Of a stretch of 56,460 nucleotides of DNA, positions 36,843-50,900 are shown piece after piece. How positions within the stretch are numbered: the first letter of the stretch is position 1; every line of letters starts with the position of its first letter. The notes under the pieces are model-generated. The model made no database searches. It was not told where the DNA came from and saw only the letters and a program-made list of their open reading frames with translations. Both the position numbers and the translations under genes were made by a program. The stretch lies in the NCBI GenBank assembly GCA_036172245.1, contig JAYWIR010000105.1, positions 124,001 through 180,460 of the forward strand, in the 5' to 3' direction. Source of the DNA: Raillietiella orientalis (Eukaryota).

Positions 36843-39800
36843 ATGCTTCGTGAAGAGGTGCAAAAGTGCAATGGTGAAATCTTTTGTTTTCTAATTTCTT
36901 ACATATCCGCAAAAGCTGCAAAGTTGGACCACGTAGTCAATGAGAGCGAAGGTGAATATTCCCCCTTGTAAGTCCGACACTGGTTACCATGAACAGAGTC
37001 CAAAGTGCCACGCCCTAATGAAATTTGGAACTCTTCTTAATCATCTTCTGAAAGCAGAAATTGGAAGGGCTTTCGGCTCTCCATGAGAAGGATTTGCCAC
37101 AAACTGCAAATGAATGCTTCTTGAAGACGCGCCAAAGTGCAATATTGAAATCTTCTGTTTTGTAATTGTTTACAAATCCCGAAAAGCTGCGAAGTTGGAC
37201 CACATAATGAATGAGAGCGAAGGAGAATATTCCCCTTGTAAGTCCGACACTGGTTACCATGAAAACAAGACAGAGTCCAAAGTGCCACGCCCTAATGAAA
37301 TTTGGAACTCTTCTTAATCATCTTCTGAAAGCAGAAATTGGAAGGGCTTTCGGCTCTCCATGAAAAGGATTTGCCACTCACTGCAAAAGGATGCTTCGTG
37401 AAGAGGTGCAAAAGTGCAATGGTGAAATCTTCTGTTTTCTAATTGTTTACAAATCCCGAAAAGCTGCAAAGTTGGACCACATAATGAATGAGAGCGAAGG
37501 AGAATATTCCCCTTGTAAGTCCGACACTGGTTACCATGAAAACAAGACAGAGTCCAAAGTGCCACGCCCTAATGAAATTTCGAACTCTTCTTATTCATCC
37601 TCTGAAAGCAGAAATTGGAAGGGCTTTCGGCTCTCCATGAAAAGGATTTGCCACTCACTGCAAAACGATGCTTCGTGAAGTGGTACAAAAGTGCAATGGT
37701 GAAATCCTCAGTTTTCTAATTGAATACAAATCCCCAAAAGCTGCAAATTTGGACCACATAATGAATGGGAGCGAAGGAGAATATTCCCCTTGTAAGTCCG
37801 ACACTGGTTACTATGAAAACAAGACAGAGTGCAAAGTGCCACGCCCTAATGAAATTTCGAACTCTTGTTAATCATCCTCTGAAAGCAGAAATTGGAATGG
37901 CTTTCGGCTCTCCATAAAGGGGATTTGCCACTCACTGCAAAAGGATGCTTCGTGCTGAGGCGCAAAAGGGCAACGGTGAAATCTTCTGTATTCTAACTGA
38001 TTACAAATCCCCAAAAGCTGCAAAGTTGGACCGCATAATAAAGGAGAGCGAAGGAGAATATTCACCTTGTAAGCCCGCCACTGGTTACCATGAAAACAAA
38101 ACAGAGTAATTGTGCCACGCCTTAATGAAATTTCGAACTTTTCTTAATCATCCTCTGAAAGCCGAAATTGTTAGGGCTTTCGGCTCTCCATAAAAGGGAT
38201 TTGCCACTCACTGCAAAAGGATGCTTCGTGCTGAGGCGCAAAAAGGCAATGGTGAAATCTTCTGTTTTCTAACTGATTACATATCCCCAAAAGCTGCAAA
38301 GTTGGACCACATAATAAATGAGAGCGAAGGAGAATATTCCCTTTGTAAGTCCGACACTGGTTACCATGAAAACAAGACAGAGTGCAAAGTGCCACGCCCA
38401 AATGAAATTTCGAACTCTTGTTAATCATCCTCTGAAAGCAGAAATTGGAAGGGCTTTCGGCTCTCCATGAAAGGGATTCGCCACTCACTGCAATAGGATG
38501 CTTCGTGAAGAGGTGCAAAAGTGCAATGGTGATATCTTTTGTTTTCTAATTTCTTACATATCCGCAAAAGCTGCAAAGTTGGAGCACGTAATCAATGAGA
38601 GCGAATGTGAATATTCCCCTTGTAAGTCCGCTACTGGTTACCATGAAAACAAGACAGAGTCCAAAGTGCCACGCCCTAATGAAATTTCGAACTTTTCTTA
38701 ATCATCCTCTGAAAGCCGAAATTGTTAGGGCTTTCGGCTCTCCATAAAAGGGATTTGCCACTCACTGCAAAAGGATGCTTCGTGAAGAGGTGCAAAAGTG
38801 CAATGGTGAAATCCTCAGTTTTTTAATTGAATACAAATCCCCAAAAGCTGCAAAGTTGGACCACATAATGAATGGGAGCGAAGGAGAATATTCCTCTTGT
38901 TAGTCCGACACTGGTTACTATGAAAACAAGACAGAGTGCAAAGTGCCACGCCCTAATGAAATTTTGAACTCTTGTTAATCATCCTCTGAAAGCAGAAATT
39001 GGAATGGCTTTCGGCTCTCCATAAAGGGGATTTGCCACTCACTGCAAAAGGATGCTTCGTGCTGAGGCGCAAAAGGCCAATGGTGAAATCTTCTGTTTTC
39101 TAACTGATTACAAATCCCCAAAAGCTGCAAAGTTGGACCGCATAATGAATGAGAGCGAAGGAGAATATTCCCCTTGTAAGTCCGACACTGGTTACCATGA
39201 AAACAAGACAGAAAGCAAAGTGCCACGCCCTAATGAAATTTCGAACTCTTGTTAATCATCCTCTGAAAGCAGAAATTGGAAGGGCTTTCGGCTCTCCATG
39301 AAAGGGATTCGCCACTCACTGCAATAGGATGCTTCGTGAAGAGGTGCAAAAGTGCAATGGTGATATCTTTTGTTTTCTAATTTCTTACATATCCGCAAAA
39401 GCTGCAAAGTTGGAGCACGTAATCAATGAGAGCGAATGTGAATATTCCCCTTGTAAGTCCGCTACTGGTTACCATGAAAACAAGACAGAGTCCAAAGTGC
39501 CACGCCCTAATGAAATTTCGAACTTTTCTTAATCATCCTCTGAAAGCCGAAATTGTTAGGGCTTTCGGCTCTCCATAAAAGGGATTTGCCACTCACTGCA
39601 AAAGGATGCTTCGTGAAGAGGTGCAAAAGTGCAATGGTGAAATCCTCAGTTTTCTAATTGTTTACAAATCCCAAAAAGCTGCAAAGTTGGACCACATAAT
39701 GAATGGGAGCGAAGGAGAATATTCCCCTTGTAAGTCGGACACTGGTTACTATGAAAACAAGACAGAGGGCAAAGTGCCACGCCCTAATGAAATTTCGAAC

Positions 39801-40711
39801 TCTTGTTAATCATCCTCTGAAAGCAGAAATTGGAATGGCTTTCGGCTCTCCATAAAGGGGATTTGCCACTCACTGCAAAAGGATGCTTCGTGCTGAGGCG
39901 CAAAAGGGCAATGGTGAAATCTTCTGTTTTCTTACTGACTACAAATCCTCAAAAGCTGCAAAGTTGGACCGCATAATAAATGAGAGCGAAGGAGAATATT
40001 CCCCTGGTAAGTCCGCCACTGGTTACCATGAAAACAAAACAGAGTAAAAGTGCCACGCCCAAATGAAATTTCGAACTTTTTTTAATCATCCTCTGAAAGC
40101 CGAAATTGTTAGGGCTTTCGGCTCTCCATAAAAGGGATTTGCCACTCACTGCAAAAGGATGCTTCGTGCTGAGGCGCAAAAGGGCAATGGTGAAATCTTC
40201 TGTTTTCTAACTGATTACATATCCCCAAAAGCTGCAAAGTTGGACCACATAATAAATGAGAGCGAAGGAGAACATTAACCTTTTGAGTCCCCTACTGGTT
40301 ACCATGAAAACATGACAGAGTCAAAAGTGCCACGCCCTAATGAAGTTTCGAGCTCTTGTTAATCATCCTCTGAAAGCAGAAATTGGAATGGCTTTCGGCT
40401 CTCCATAAAGGGGATTTGCCACTCACTGCAAAAGGATGCTTCGTGCTGAGGCGCAAAAGGGCAATGGTGAAATCTTCTGTTTTCTAACTGATTACAAATC
40501 CCCCAAAGCTGCAAAGTTGGACCGCATAATAAATGAGAGCGAAAGAGAATATTCCTTTTGTAAGTCCGCCACTGGTTACCATGAAAACAAGACAGAGTAA
40601 AAGTGCCACGCCCTAATGAAATTTCGAACTCTTGTTAATCATCCTCTGAAAGCAGAAATTGGAAGGGCTTTCGGCTATCCGTGAAAAAGATTTGCCACTA
40701 ACTGCAAAACG
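36843..40711. repeat. 14-monomer HOR variant (3869 bp)
   Basis: Marker spacing 36843->40712. Order is 1,X,Y,4-10,(11/14 chimera at 39606),15-17 relative to the 17-mer. Confidence 0.8.
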
Positions 40712-43201
40712 ATGCTTCGTGAAGAGGTGCAAAAGTGCAATGGTGAAATCTTTTGTTTTCTGATTTCTTACATATCCGCAAAAGCTGCAAAGTTGGACCA
40801 CGTAGTCAATGAGAGCGAAGGTGAATATTCCCCTTGTAAGTCCGACACTGGTTACCATGAAAACAAGACAGAGTCCAAAGTGCCACGCCCTAATGAAATT
40901 TCGATCTCTTCTTAATCATCCTCTGAAAGCAGAGATTGGAAGGGCTTCGGCTCTCCATGAAAAAGATTTGCCACTCACTGCAAAAGGATGCTTCGTGCTG
41001 AGGCGCAAAAGGGCAATGGTGAAATCTTCTGTTTTCTAATTGTTTACAAATCCCGAAAAGCTGCAAAGTTGGACCGCATAATGAATGGGAGCGAAGGAGA
41101 ATATTCCCCTTGTAAGTCCGACACTGGTTACTATGAAAACAAGACAGAGTGCAAAGTGCCACGCCCTAATGAATTTTCGAAATCTTGTTAATCATCCTCT
41201 GAAAGCAGAAATTGGAAGGGCTTTCGGCTCTCCATGAAAGGGATTCGCCACTCACTGCGAAAGGATACTTCGTAAAGAGGTGCAAAAGTGCAATGGTGAA
41301 AACTTCTGTTTTCTAATTGAATACAAATCCCCAAAAGCTGCAAAGTTGGACCACATAATGAATAAGAGCGAAGGAGAACATTCCCCTTGTAAGTCCGACA
41401 CTGGTTACCATGAAAACAAGACAGAGTCCAAAGTGACACGCCCTAATGAAATTTCGAACTCTTCTTATTCATCCTCTGAAAGCAGAAATTGGAAGGGCTC
41501 TCGGCTCTCCATGAAAAGGATTCGCCACTCACTGCAATAGGATGCTTCGTGAAGAGGTGCAAAAGTGCAATGGTGATATCTTTTGTTTTCTAATTTCTTA
41601 CATATCCGCAAAAGCTGCAAAGTTGGAGCACGTAATCAATGAGAGCGAATGTGAATATTCCCCTTGTAAGTCCGACACTGGTTACTATGAAAACAAGACA
41701 GAGTGCAAAGTGCCACGCCCTAATGAAATTTTGAACTCTTGTTAATCATCCTCTGAAAGCAGAAATTGGAATGGCTTTCGGCTCTCCATAAAGGGGATTT
41801 GCCACTCACTGCAAAAGGATGCTTCGTGCTGAGGCGCAAAAGGGCAATGGTGAAATCTTCTGTTTTCTAACTGATTACAAATCCCCAAAAGCTGCAAAGT
41901 TGGACCGCATAATGAATGAGAGCGAAGGAGAATATTCCCCTTGTAAGTCCGACACTGGTTACCATGAAAACAAGACAGAGTGCAAAGTGCCACGCCCTAA
42001 TGAAATTTCGAACTCTTGTTAATCATCCTCTGAAAGCAGAAATTGGAATGGCTTTCGGCTCTCCATAAAGGGGATTTGCCACTCACTGCAAAAGGATGCT
42101 TCGTGCTGATGCGCAAAAGGGCAATGGTGAAATCTTCTGTTTTCTAATTGTTTACAAATCCCAAAAAGCTGCAAAGTTGGACCACATAATGAATGGGAGC
42201 GAAGGAGAATATTCCCCTTGTAAGTCGGACACTGGTTACTATGAAAACAAGACAGAGGGCAAAGTGCCACGCCCTAATGAAATTTCGAACTCTTGTTAAT
42301 CATCCTCTGAAAGCAGAAATTGGAATGGCTTTCGGCTCTCCATAAAGGGGATTTGCCACTCACTGCAAAAGGATGCTTCGTGCTGAGGCGCAAAAGGGCA
42401 ATGGTGAAATCTTCTGTTTTCTTACTGACTACAAATCCTCAAAAGCTGCAAAGTTGGACCGCATAATAAATGAGAGCGAAGGAGAATATTCCCCTGGTAA
42501 GTCCGCCACTGGTTACCATGAAAACAAAACAGAGTAAAAGTGCCACGCCCAAATGAAATTTCGAACTTTTTTTAATCATCCTCTGAAAGCCGAAATTGTT
42601 AGGGCTTTCGGCTCTCCATAAAAGGGATTTGCCACTCACTGCAAAAGGATGCTTCGTGCTGAGGCGCAAAAGGGCAATGGTGAAATCTTCTGTTTTCTAA
42701 CTGATTACATATCCCCAAAAGCTGCAAAGTTGGACCACATAATAAATGAGAGCGAAGGAGAACATTAACCTTTTGAGTCCCCTACTGGTTACCATGAAAA
42801 CATGACAGAGTCAAAAGTGCCACGCCCTAATGAAGTTTCGAGCTCTTGTTAATCATCCTCTGAAAGCAGAAATTGGAATGGCTTTCGGCTCTCCATAAAG
42901 GGGATTTGCCACTCACTGCAAAAGGATGCTTCGTGCTGAGGCGCAAAAGGGCAATGGTGAAATCTTCTGTTTTCTAACTGATTACAAATCCCCCAAAGGT
43001 GCAAAGTTGGACCGCATAATAAATGAGAGCGAAAGAGAATATTCCTTTTGTAAGTCCGCCACTGGTTACCATGAAAACAAGACAGAGTAAAAGTGCCACG
43101 CCCTAATGAAATTTCGAACTCTTGTTAATCATCCTCTGAAAGCAGAAATTGGAAGGGCTTTCGGCTATCCGTGAAAAAGATTTGCCACTAACTGCAAAAC
43201 G
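40712..43201. repeat. 9-monomer HOR variant (2490 bp)
   Basis: Marker spacing 40712->43202. Order is 1,2,3,(7/8-type chimera at 41542),9-like,14,15,16,17. Confidence 0.8.
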
Positions 43202-46200
43202 ATGCTTCGTGAAGAGGTGCAAAAGTGCAATGGTGAAATCTTTTGTTTTCTAATTTCTTACATATCCGCAAAAGCTGCAAAGTTGGACCACGTAGTCAAT
43301 GAGAGCGAAGGTGAATATTGCCATTGTAAGTCCGACACTGGTTACCATGAAAAAGAGACAGAGTCCAAAGTGCCACGCCCTAATGAAATTTCGATCTCTT
43401 CTTAATCATCCTCTGAAAGCAGAGATTGGAAGGGCTTCGGCTCTCCATGAAAAAGATTTGCCACTCACTGCAAAAGGATGCTTCGTGCTGAGGCGCAAAA
43501 GGGCAATGGTGAAATCTTCTGTTTTCTAATTGTTTACAAATCCCGAAAAGCTGCAAAGTTGGACCGCATAATGAATGGGAGCGAAGGAGAATATTCCCCT
43601 TGTAAGTCCGACACTGGTTACTATGAAAACAAGACAGAGTGCAAAGTGCCACGCCCTAATGAAATTTCGAACTCTTGTTAATCATCCTCTGAAAGCAGAA
43701 ATTGGAAGGGCTTTCGGCTCTCCATGAAAAGGATTCGCCACTCACTGCAAAAGGATGCTTCGTAAAGAGGTGCAAAAGTGCAATGGTGAAAACTTCTGTT
43801 TTCTATTTGAATACAAATCCCCAAAAGGTGCAAAGTTGAACCACATAATGAATAAGAGCGAAGGAGAACATTCCCCTTGTAAGTCCGACACTGGTTACCA
43901 TGAAAACAAGACAGAGTCCAAAGTGACACGCCCTAATGAAATTTCGAACTCTTCTTATTCATCCTCTGAAAGCAGAAATTGGAAGGGCTTTCGGCTCTCC
44001 ATGAAAAGGATTTGCCACTCACTGCAAAACGATGCTTCGTGAAGTGGTACAAAAGTGCAATGGTGAAATCCTCAGTTTTCTAATTGAATACAAATCCTCA
44101 AAAGCTGCAAATTTGGACCACATAATGAATGGGAGCGAAGGAGAATATTCCCCTTGTAAGTCCGACACTGGTTACTATGAAAACAAGACAGAGTGCAAAG
44201 TGCCACGCCCTAATGAAATTTCGAACTCTTGTTAATCATCCTCTGAAAGCAGAAATTGGAATGGCTTTCGGCTCTCCATAAAGGGGATTTGCCACTCACT
44301 GCAAAAGGATGCTTCGTGCTGAGGCGCAAAAGGGCAACGGTGAAATCTTCTGTATTCTAACTGATTACAAATCCCCAAAAGCTGCAAAGTTGGACCGCAT
44401 AATAAAGGAGAGCGAAGGAGAATATTCACCTTGTAAGCCCGCCACTGGTTACCATGAAAACAAAACAGAGTAATTGTGCCACGCCTTAATGAAATTTCGA
44501 ACTTTTCTTAATCATCCTCTGAAAGCCGAAATTGTTAGCGCTTTCGGCTCTCCATAAAAGGGATTTGCCACTCACTGCAAAAGGATGCTTCGTGCTGAGG
44601 CGCAAAAAGGCAATGGTGAAATCTTCTGTTTTCTAACTGATTACATATCCCCAAAAGCTGCAAAGTTGGACCACATAATAAATGAGAGCGAAGGAGAATA
44701 TTCCCTTTGTAAGTCCGACACTGGTTACCATGAAAACAAAACAGAGTGCAAAGTGCCACGCCCAAATGAAATTTCGAACTCTTGTTAATCATCCTCTGAA
44801 AGCAGAAATTGGAAGGGCTTTCGGCTCTCCATGAAAGGGATTCGCCACTCACTGCAATAGGATGCTTCGTGAAGAGGTGCAAAAGTGCAATGGTGATATC
44901 TTTTGTTTTCTAATTTCTTACATATCCGCAAAAGCTGCAAAGTTGGAGCACGTAATCAATGAGAGCGAACGTGAATATTCCCCTTGTAAGTCCGCTACTG
45001 GTTACCATGAAAACAAGACAGAGTCCAAAGTGCCACGCCCTAATGAAATTTCGAACTTTTCTTAATCATCCTCTGAAAGCCGAAATTGTTAGGGCTTTCG
45101 GCTCTCCATAAAAGGGATTTGCCACTCACTGCAAAAGGATGCTTCGTGAAGAGGTGCAAAAGTGCAATGGTGAAATCCTCAGTTTTTTAATTGAATACAA
45201 ATCCCCAAAAGCTGCAAAGTTGGACCACATAATGAATGGGAGCGAAGGAGAATATTCCTCTTGTTAGTCCGACACTGGTTACTATGAAAACAAGACAGAG
45301 TGCAAAGTGCCACGCCCTAATGAAATTTTGAACTCTTGTTAATCATCCTCTGAAAGCAGAAATTGGAATGGCTTTCGGCTCTCCATAAAGGGGATTTGCC
45401 ACTCACTGCAAAAGGATGCTTCGTGCTGAGGCGCAAAAGGCCAATGGTGAAATCTTCTGTTTTCTAACTGATTACAAATCCCCAAAAGCTGCAAAGTTGG
45501 ACCGCATAATGAATGAGAGCGAAGGAGAATATTCCCCTTGTAAGTCCGACACTGGTTACCATGAAAACAAGACAGAAAGCAAAGTGCCACGCCCTAATGA
45601 AATTTCGAACTCTTGTTAATCATCCTCTGAAAGCAGAAATTGGAAGGGCTTTCGGCTCTCCATGAAAGGGATTCGCCACTCACTGCAATAGGATGCTTCG
45701 TGAAGAGGTGCAAAAGTGCAATGGTGATATCTTTTGTTTTCTAATTTCTTACATATCCGCAAAAGCTGCAAAGTTGGAGCACGTAATCAATGAGAGCGAA
45801 TGTGAATATTCCCCTTGTAAGTCCGCTACTGGTTACCATGAAAACAAGACAGAGTCCAAAGTGCCACGCCCTAATGAAATTTCGAACTTTTCTTAATCAT
45901 CCTCTGAAAGCCGAAATTGTTAGGGCTTTCGGCTCTCCATAAAAGGGATTTGCCACTCACTGCAAAAGGATGCTTCGTGAAGAGGTGCAAAAGTGCAATG
46001 GTGAAATCCTCAGTTTTTTAATTGAATACAAATCCCCAAAAGCTGCAAAGTTGGACCACATAATGAATGGGAGCGAAGGAGAATATTCCTCTTGTTAGTC
46101 CGACACTGGTTACTATGAAAACAAGACAGAGTGCAAAGTGCCACGCCCTAATGAAATTTTGAACTCTTGTTAATCATCCTCTGAAAGCAGAAATTGGAAT

Positions 46201-47906
46201 GGCTTTCGGCTCTCCATAAAGGGGATTTGCCACTCACTGCAAAAGGATGCTTCGTGCTGAGGCGCAAAAGGCCAATGGTGAAATCTTCTGTTTTCTAACT
46301 GATTACAAATCCCCAAAAGCTGCAAAGTTGGACCGCATAATGAATGAGAGCGAAGGAGAATATTCCCCTTGTAAGTCCGACACTGGTTACCATGAAAACA
46401 AGACAGAAAGCAAAGTGCCACGCCCTAATGAAATTTCGAACTCTTGTTAATCATCCTCTGAAAGCAGAAATTGGAAGGGCATTCGGCTCTCCATGGAAGG
46501 GATTCGCCACTCACTGCAAAAGGTTGCTTCGTGAAGTGGTGCAAAAGTGCAATGGTGAAATCTTCTGTTTTCTAACTGATTACATATCCCCAAAAGCTGC
46601 AAAGTTGGACCACATAATAAATGAGAGCGAAGGAGAACATTAACCTTTTGAGTCCCCTACTGGTTACCATGAAAACAAGACAGAGTCCAAAGTGCCACGC
46701 CCTAATGAAATTTCGAACTCTTGTTATTCATCCTCTGAAAGCAGAAATTGGAATGGCTTTCGGCTCTCCATAAAGGGGATTTGCCACTCACTGCAAAAGG
46801 ATGCTTCGTGCTGATGCGCAAAAGGGCAATGGTGAAATCTTCTGTTTTCTAATTGTTTACAAATCCCAAAAAGCTGCAAAGTTGGACCACATAATGAATG
46901 GGAGCGAAGAAGAATATTCCCCTTGTAAGTCGGACACTGGTTACTATGAAAACAAGACAGAGGGCAAAGTGCCACGCCCTAATGAAATTTCGAACTCTTG
47001 TTAATCATCCTCTGAAAGCAGAAATTGGAATGGCTTTCGGCTCTCCATAAAGGGGATTTGCCACTCACTGCAAAAGGATGCTTCGTGCTGAGGCGCAAAA
47101 GGGCAATGGTGAAATCTTCTGTTTTCTTACTGACTACAAATCCTCAAAAGCTGCAAAGTTGGACCGCATAATAAATGAGAGCGAAGGAGAATATTCCCCT
47201 GGTAAGTCCGCCACTGGTTACCATGAAAACAAAACAGAGTAAAAGTGCCACGCCCAAATGAAATTTCGAACTTTTTTTAATCATCCTCTGAAAGCCGAAA
47301 TTGTTAGGGCTTTCGGCTCTCCATAAAAGGGATTTGCCACTCACTGCAAAAGGATGCTTCGTGCTGAGGCGCAAAAGGGCAATGGTGAAATCTTCTGTTT
47401 TCTAACTGATTACATATCCCCAAAAGCTGCAAAGTTGGACCACATAATAAATGAGAGCGAAGGAGAACATTAACCTTTTGAGTCCCCTACTGGTTACCAT
47501 GAAAACATGACAGAGTCAAAAGTGCCACGCCCTAATGAAGTTTCGAGCTCTTGTTAATCATCCTCTGAAAGCAGAAATTGGAATGGCTTTCGGCTCTCCA
47601 TAAAGGGGATTTGCCACTCACTGCAAAAGGATGCTTCGTGCTGAGGCGCAAAAGGGCAATGGTGAAATCTTCTGTTTTCTAACTGATTACAAATCCCCCA
47701 AAGGTGCAAAGTTGGACCGCATAATAAATGAGAGCGAAAGAGAATATTCCTTTTGTAAGTCCGCCACTGGTTACCATGAAAACAAGACAGAGTAAAAGTG
47801 CCACGCCCTAATGAAATTTCGAACTCTTGTTAATCATCCTCTGAAAGCAGAAATTGGAAGGGCTTTCGGCTATCCGTGAAAAAGATTTGCCACTAACTGC
47901 AAAACG
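43202..47906. repeat. 17-monomer higher-order repeat unit, copy A (4705 bp)
   Basis: Diagnostic monomers recur at exactly 4705 bp: 42096/46801/51506, 43202/47907/52612, 43755/48460/53165, 44032/48737/53442. Confidence 0.92.
44862..46523. repeat. Tandem trimer duplication (2 x 831 bp) nested inside the 17-mer HOR
   Basis: Monomers 44862/45139/45416 match 45693/45970/46247, sharing CAATAGGATG, GGTGATATC, CCTCTTGTTAG and AAGGCCAATG alleles. Confidence 0.88.
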
Positions 47907-50900
47907 ATGCTTCGTGAAGAGGTGCAAAAGTGCAATGGTGAAATCTTTTGTTTTCTAATTTCTTACATATCCGCAAAAGCTGCAAAGTTGGACCACGTAG
48001 TCAATGAGAGCGAAGGTGAATATTGCCATTGTAAGTCCGACACTGGTTACCATGAAAAAGAGACAGAGTCCAAAGTGCCACGCCCTAATGAAATTTCGAT
48101 CTCTTCTTAATCATCCTCTGAAAGCAGAGATTGGAAGGGCTTCGGCTCTCCATGAAAAAGATTTGCCACTCACTGCAAAAGGATGCTTCGTGCTGAGGCG
48201 CAAAAGGGCAATGGTGAAATCTTCTGTTTTCTAATTGTTTACAAATCCCGAAAAGCTGCAAAGTTGGACCGCATAATGAATGGGAGCGAAGGAGAATATT
48301 CCCCTTGTAAGTCCGACACTGGTTACTATGAAAACAAGACAGAGTGCAAAGTGCCACGCCCTAATGAAATTTCGAACTCTTGTTAATCATCCTCTGAAAG
48401 CAGAAATTGGAAGGGCTTTCGGCTCTCCATGAAAAGGATTCGCCACTCACTGCAAAAGGATGCTTCGTAAAGAGGTGCAAAAGTGCAATGGTGAAAACTT
48501 CTGTTTTCTAATTGAATACAAATCCCCAAAAGGTGCAAAGTTGAACCACATAATGAATAAGAGCGAAGGAGAACATTCCCCTTGTAAGTCCGACACTGGT
48601 TACCATGAAAACAAGACAGAGTCCAAAGTGACACGCCCTAATGAAATTTCGAACTCTTCTTATTCATCCTCTGAAAGCAGAAATTGGAAGGGCTTTCGGC
48701 TCTCCATGAAAAGGATTTGCCACTCACTGCAAAACGATGCTTCGTGAAGTGGTACAAAAGTGCAATGGTGAAATCCTCAGTTTTCTAATTGAATACAAAT
48801 CCCCAAAAGCTGCAAATTTGGACCACATAATGAATGGGAGCGAAGGAGAATATTCCCCTTGTAAGTCCGACACTGGTTACTATGAAAACAAGACAGAGTG
48901 CAAAGTGCCACGCCCTAATGAAATTTCGAACTCTTGTTAATCATCCTCTGAAAGCAGAAATTGGAATGGCTTTCGGCTCTCCATAAAGGGGATTTGCCAC
49001 TCACTGCAAAAGGATGCTTCGTGCTGAGGCGCAAAAGGGCAACGGTGAAATCTTCTGTATTCTAACTGATTACAAATCCCCAAAAGCTGCAAAGTTGGAC
49101 CGCATAATAAAGGAGAGCGAAGGAGAATATTCACCTTGTAAGCCCGCCACTGGTTACCATGAAAACAAAACAGAGTAATTGTGCCACGCCCTAATGAAAT
49201 TTCGAACTTTTCTTAATCATCCTCTGAAAGCCGAAATTGTTAGGGCTTTCGGCTCTCCATAAAAGGGATTTGCCACTCACTGCAAAAGGATGCTTCGTGC
49301 TGAGGCGCAAAAAGGCAATGGTGAAATCTTCTGTTTTCTAACTGATTACATATCCCCAAAAGCTGCAAAGTTGGACCACATAATAAATGAGAGCGAAGGA
49401 GAATATTCCCTTTGTAAGTCCGACACTGGTTACCATGAAAACAAGACAGAGTGCAAAGTGCCACGCCCAAATGAAATTTCGAACTCTTGTTAATCATCCT
49501 CTGAAAGCAGAAATTGGAAGGGCTTTCGGCTCTCCATGAAAGGGATTCGCCACTCACTGCAATAGGATGCTTCGTGAAGAGGTGCAAAAGTGCAATGGTG
49601 ATATCTTTTGTTTTCTAATTTCTTACATATCCGCAAAAGCTGCAAAGTTGGAGCACGTAATCAATGAGAGCGAATGTGAATATTCCCCTTGTAAGTCCGC
49701 TACTGGTTACCATGAAAACAAGACAGAGTCCAAAGTGCCACGCCCTAATGAAATTTCGAACTTTTCTTAATCATCCTCTGAAAGCCGAAATTGTTAGGGC
49801 TTTCGGCTCTCCATAAAAGGGATTTGCCACTCACTGCAAAAGGATGCTTCGTGAAGAGGTGCAAAAGTGCAATGGTGAAATCTTCTGTTTTCTAATTGAA
49901 TACAAATCCCCAAAAGCTGCAAAGTTGGACCACATAATGAATGGGAGCGAAGGAGAATATTCCCCTTGTAAGTCCGACACTGGTTACCATGAAAACAAGA
50001 CAGAGTCCAAAGTGCCACGCCCTAATGAAATTTCGAACTCTTCTTAATCATCCTCTGAAAGCAGAAATTGGAAGGGCTTTCGGCTCTCCATGAAAGGGAT
50101 TTGCCACTCACTGCAAAAGGATGCTTCGTGATGAGGCGCAAAAGTGCAATGGTGAAATCTTCTGTTTTCTAATTGATTACAAATCCCCAAAAGCTGCAAA
50201 GTTGGACCGCATAATGAATGAGAGCGAAGGAGAATATTCCCCTTGTAAGTCCGACACTGGTTACCATGAAAACAAGACAGAAAGCAAAGTGCCACGCCCT
50301 AATGAAATTTCGAACTCTTGTTAATCATCCTCTGAAAGCAGAAATTGGAAGGGCTTTCGGCTCTCCATGAAAGGGATTCGCCACTCACTGCAATAGGATG
50401 CTTCGTGAAGAGGTGCAAAAGTGCAATGGTGATATCTTTTGTTTTCTAATTTCTTACATATCCGCAAAAGCTGCAAAGTTGGAGCACGTAATCAATGAGA
50501 GCGAATGTGAATATTCCCCTTGTAAGTCCGCTACTGGTTACCATGAAAACAAGACAGAGTCCAAAGTGCCACGCCCTAATGAAATTTCGAACTTTTCTTA
50601 ATCATCCTCTGAAAGCCGAAATTGTTAGGGCTTTCGGCTCTCCATAAAAGGGATTTGCCACTCACTGCAAAAGGATGCTTCGTGAAGAGGTGCAAAAGTG
50701 CAATGGTGAAATCCTCAGTTTTTTAATTGAATACAAATCCCCAAAAGCTGCAAAGTTGGACCACATAATGAATGGGAGCGAAGGAGAATATTCCTCTTGT
50801 TAGTCCGACACTGGTTACTATGAAAACAAGACAGAGTGCAAAGTGCCACGCCCTAATGAAATTTTGAACTCTTGTTAATCATCCTCTGAAAGCAGAAATT

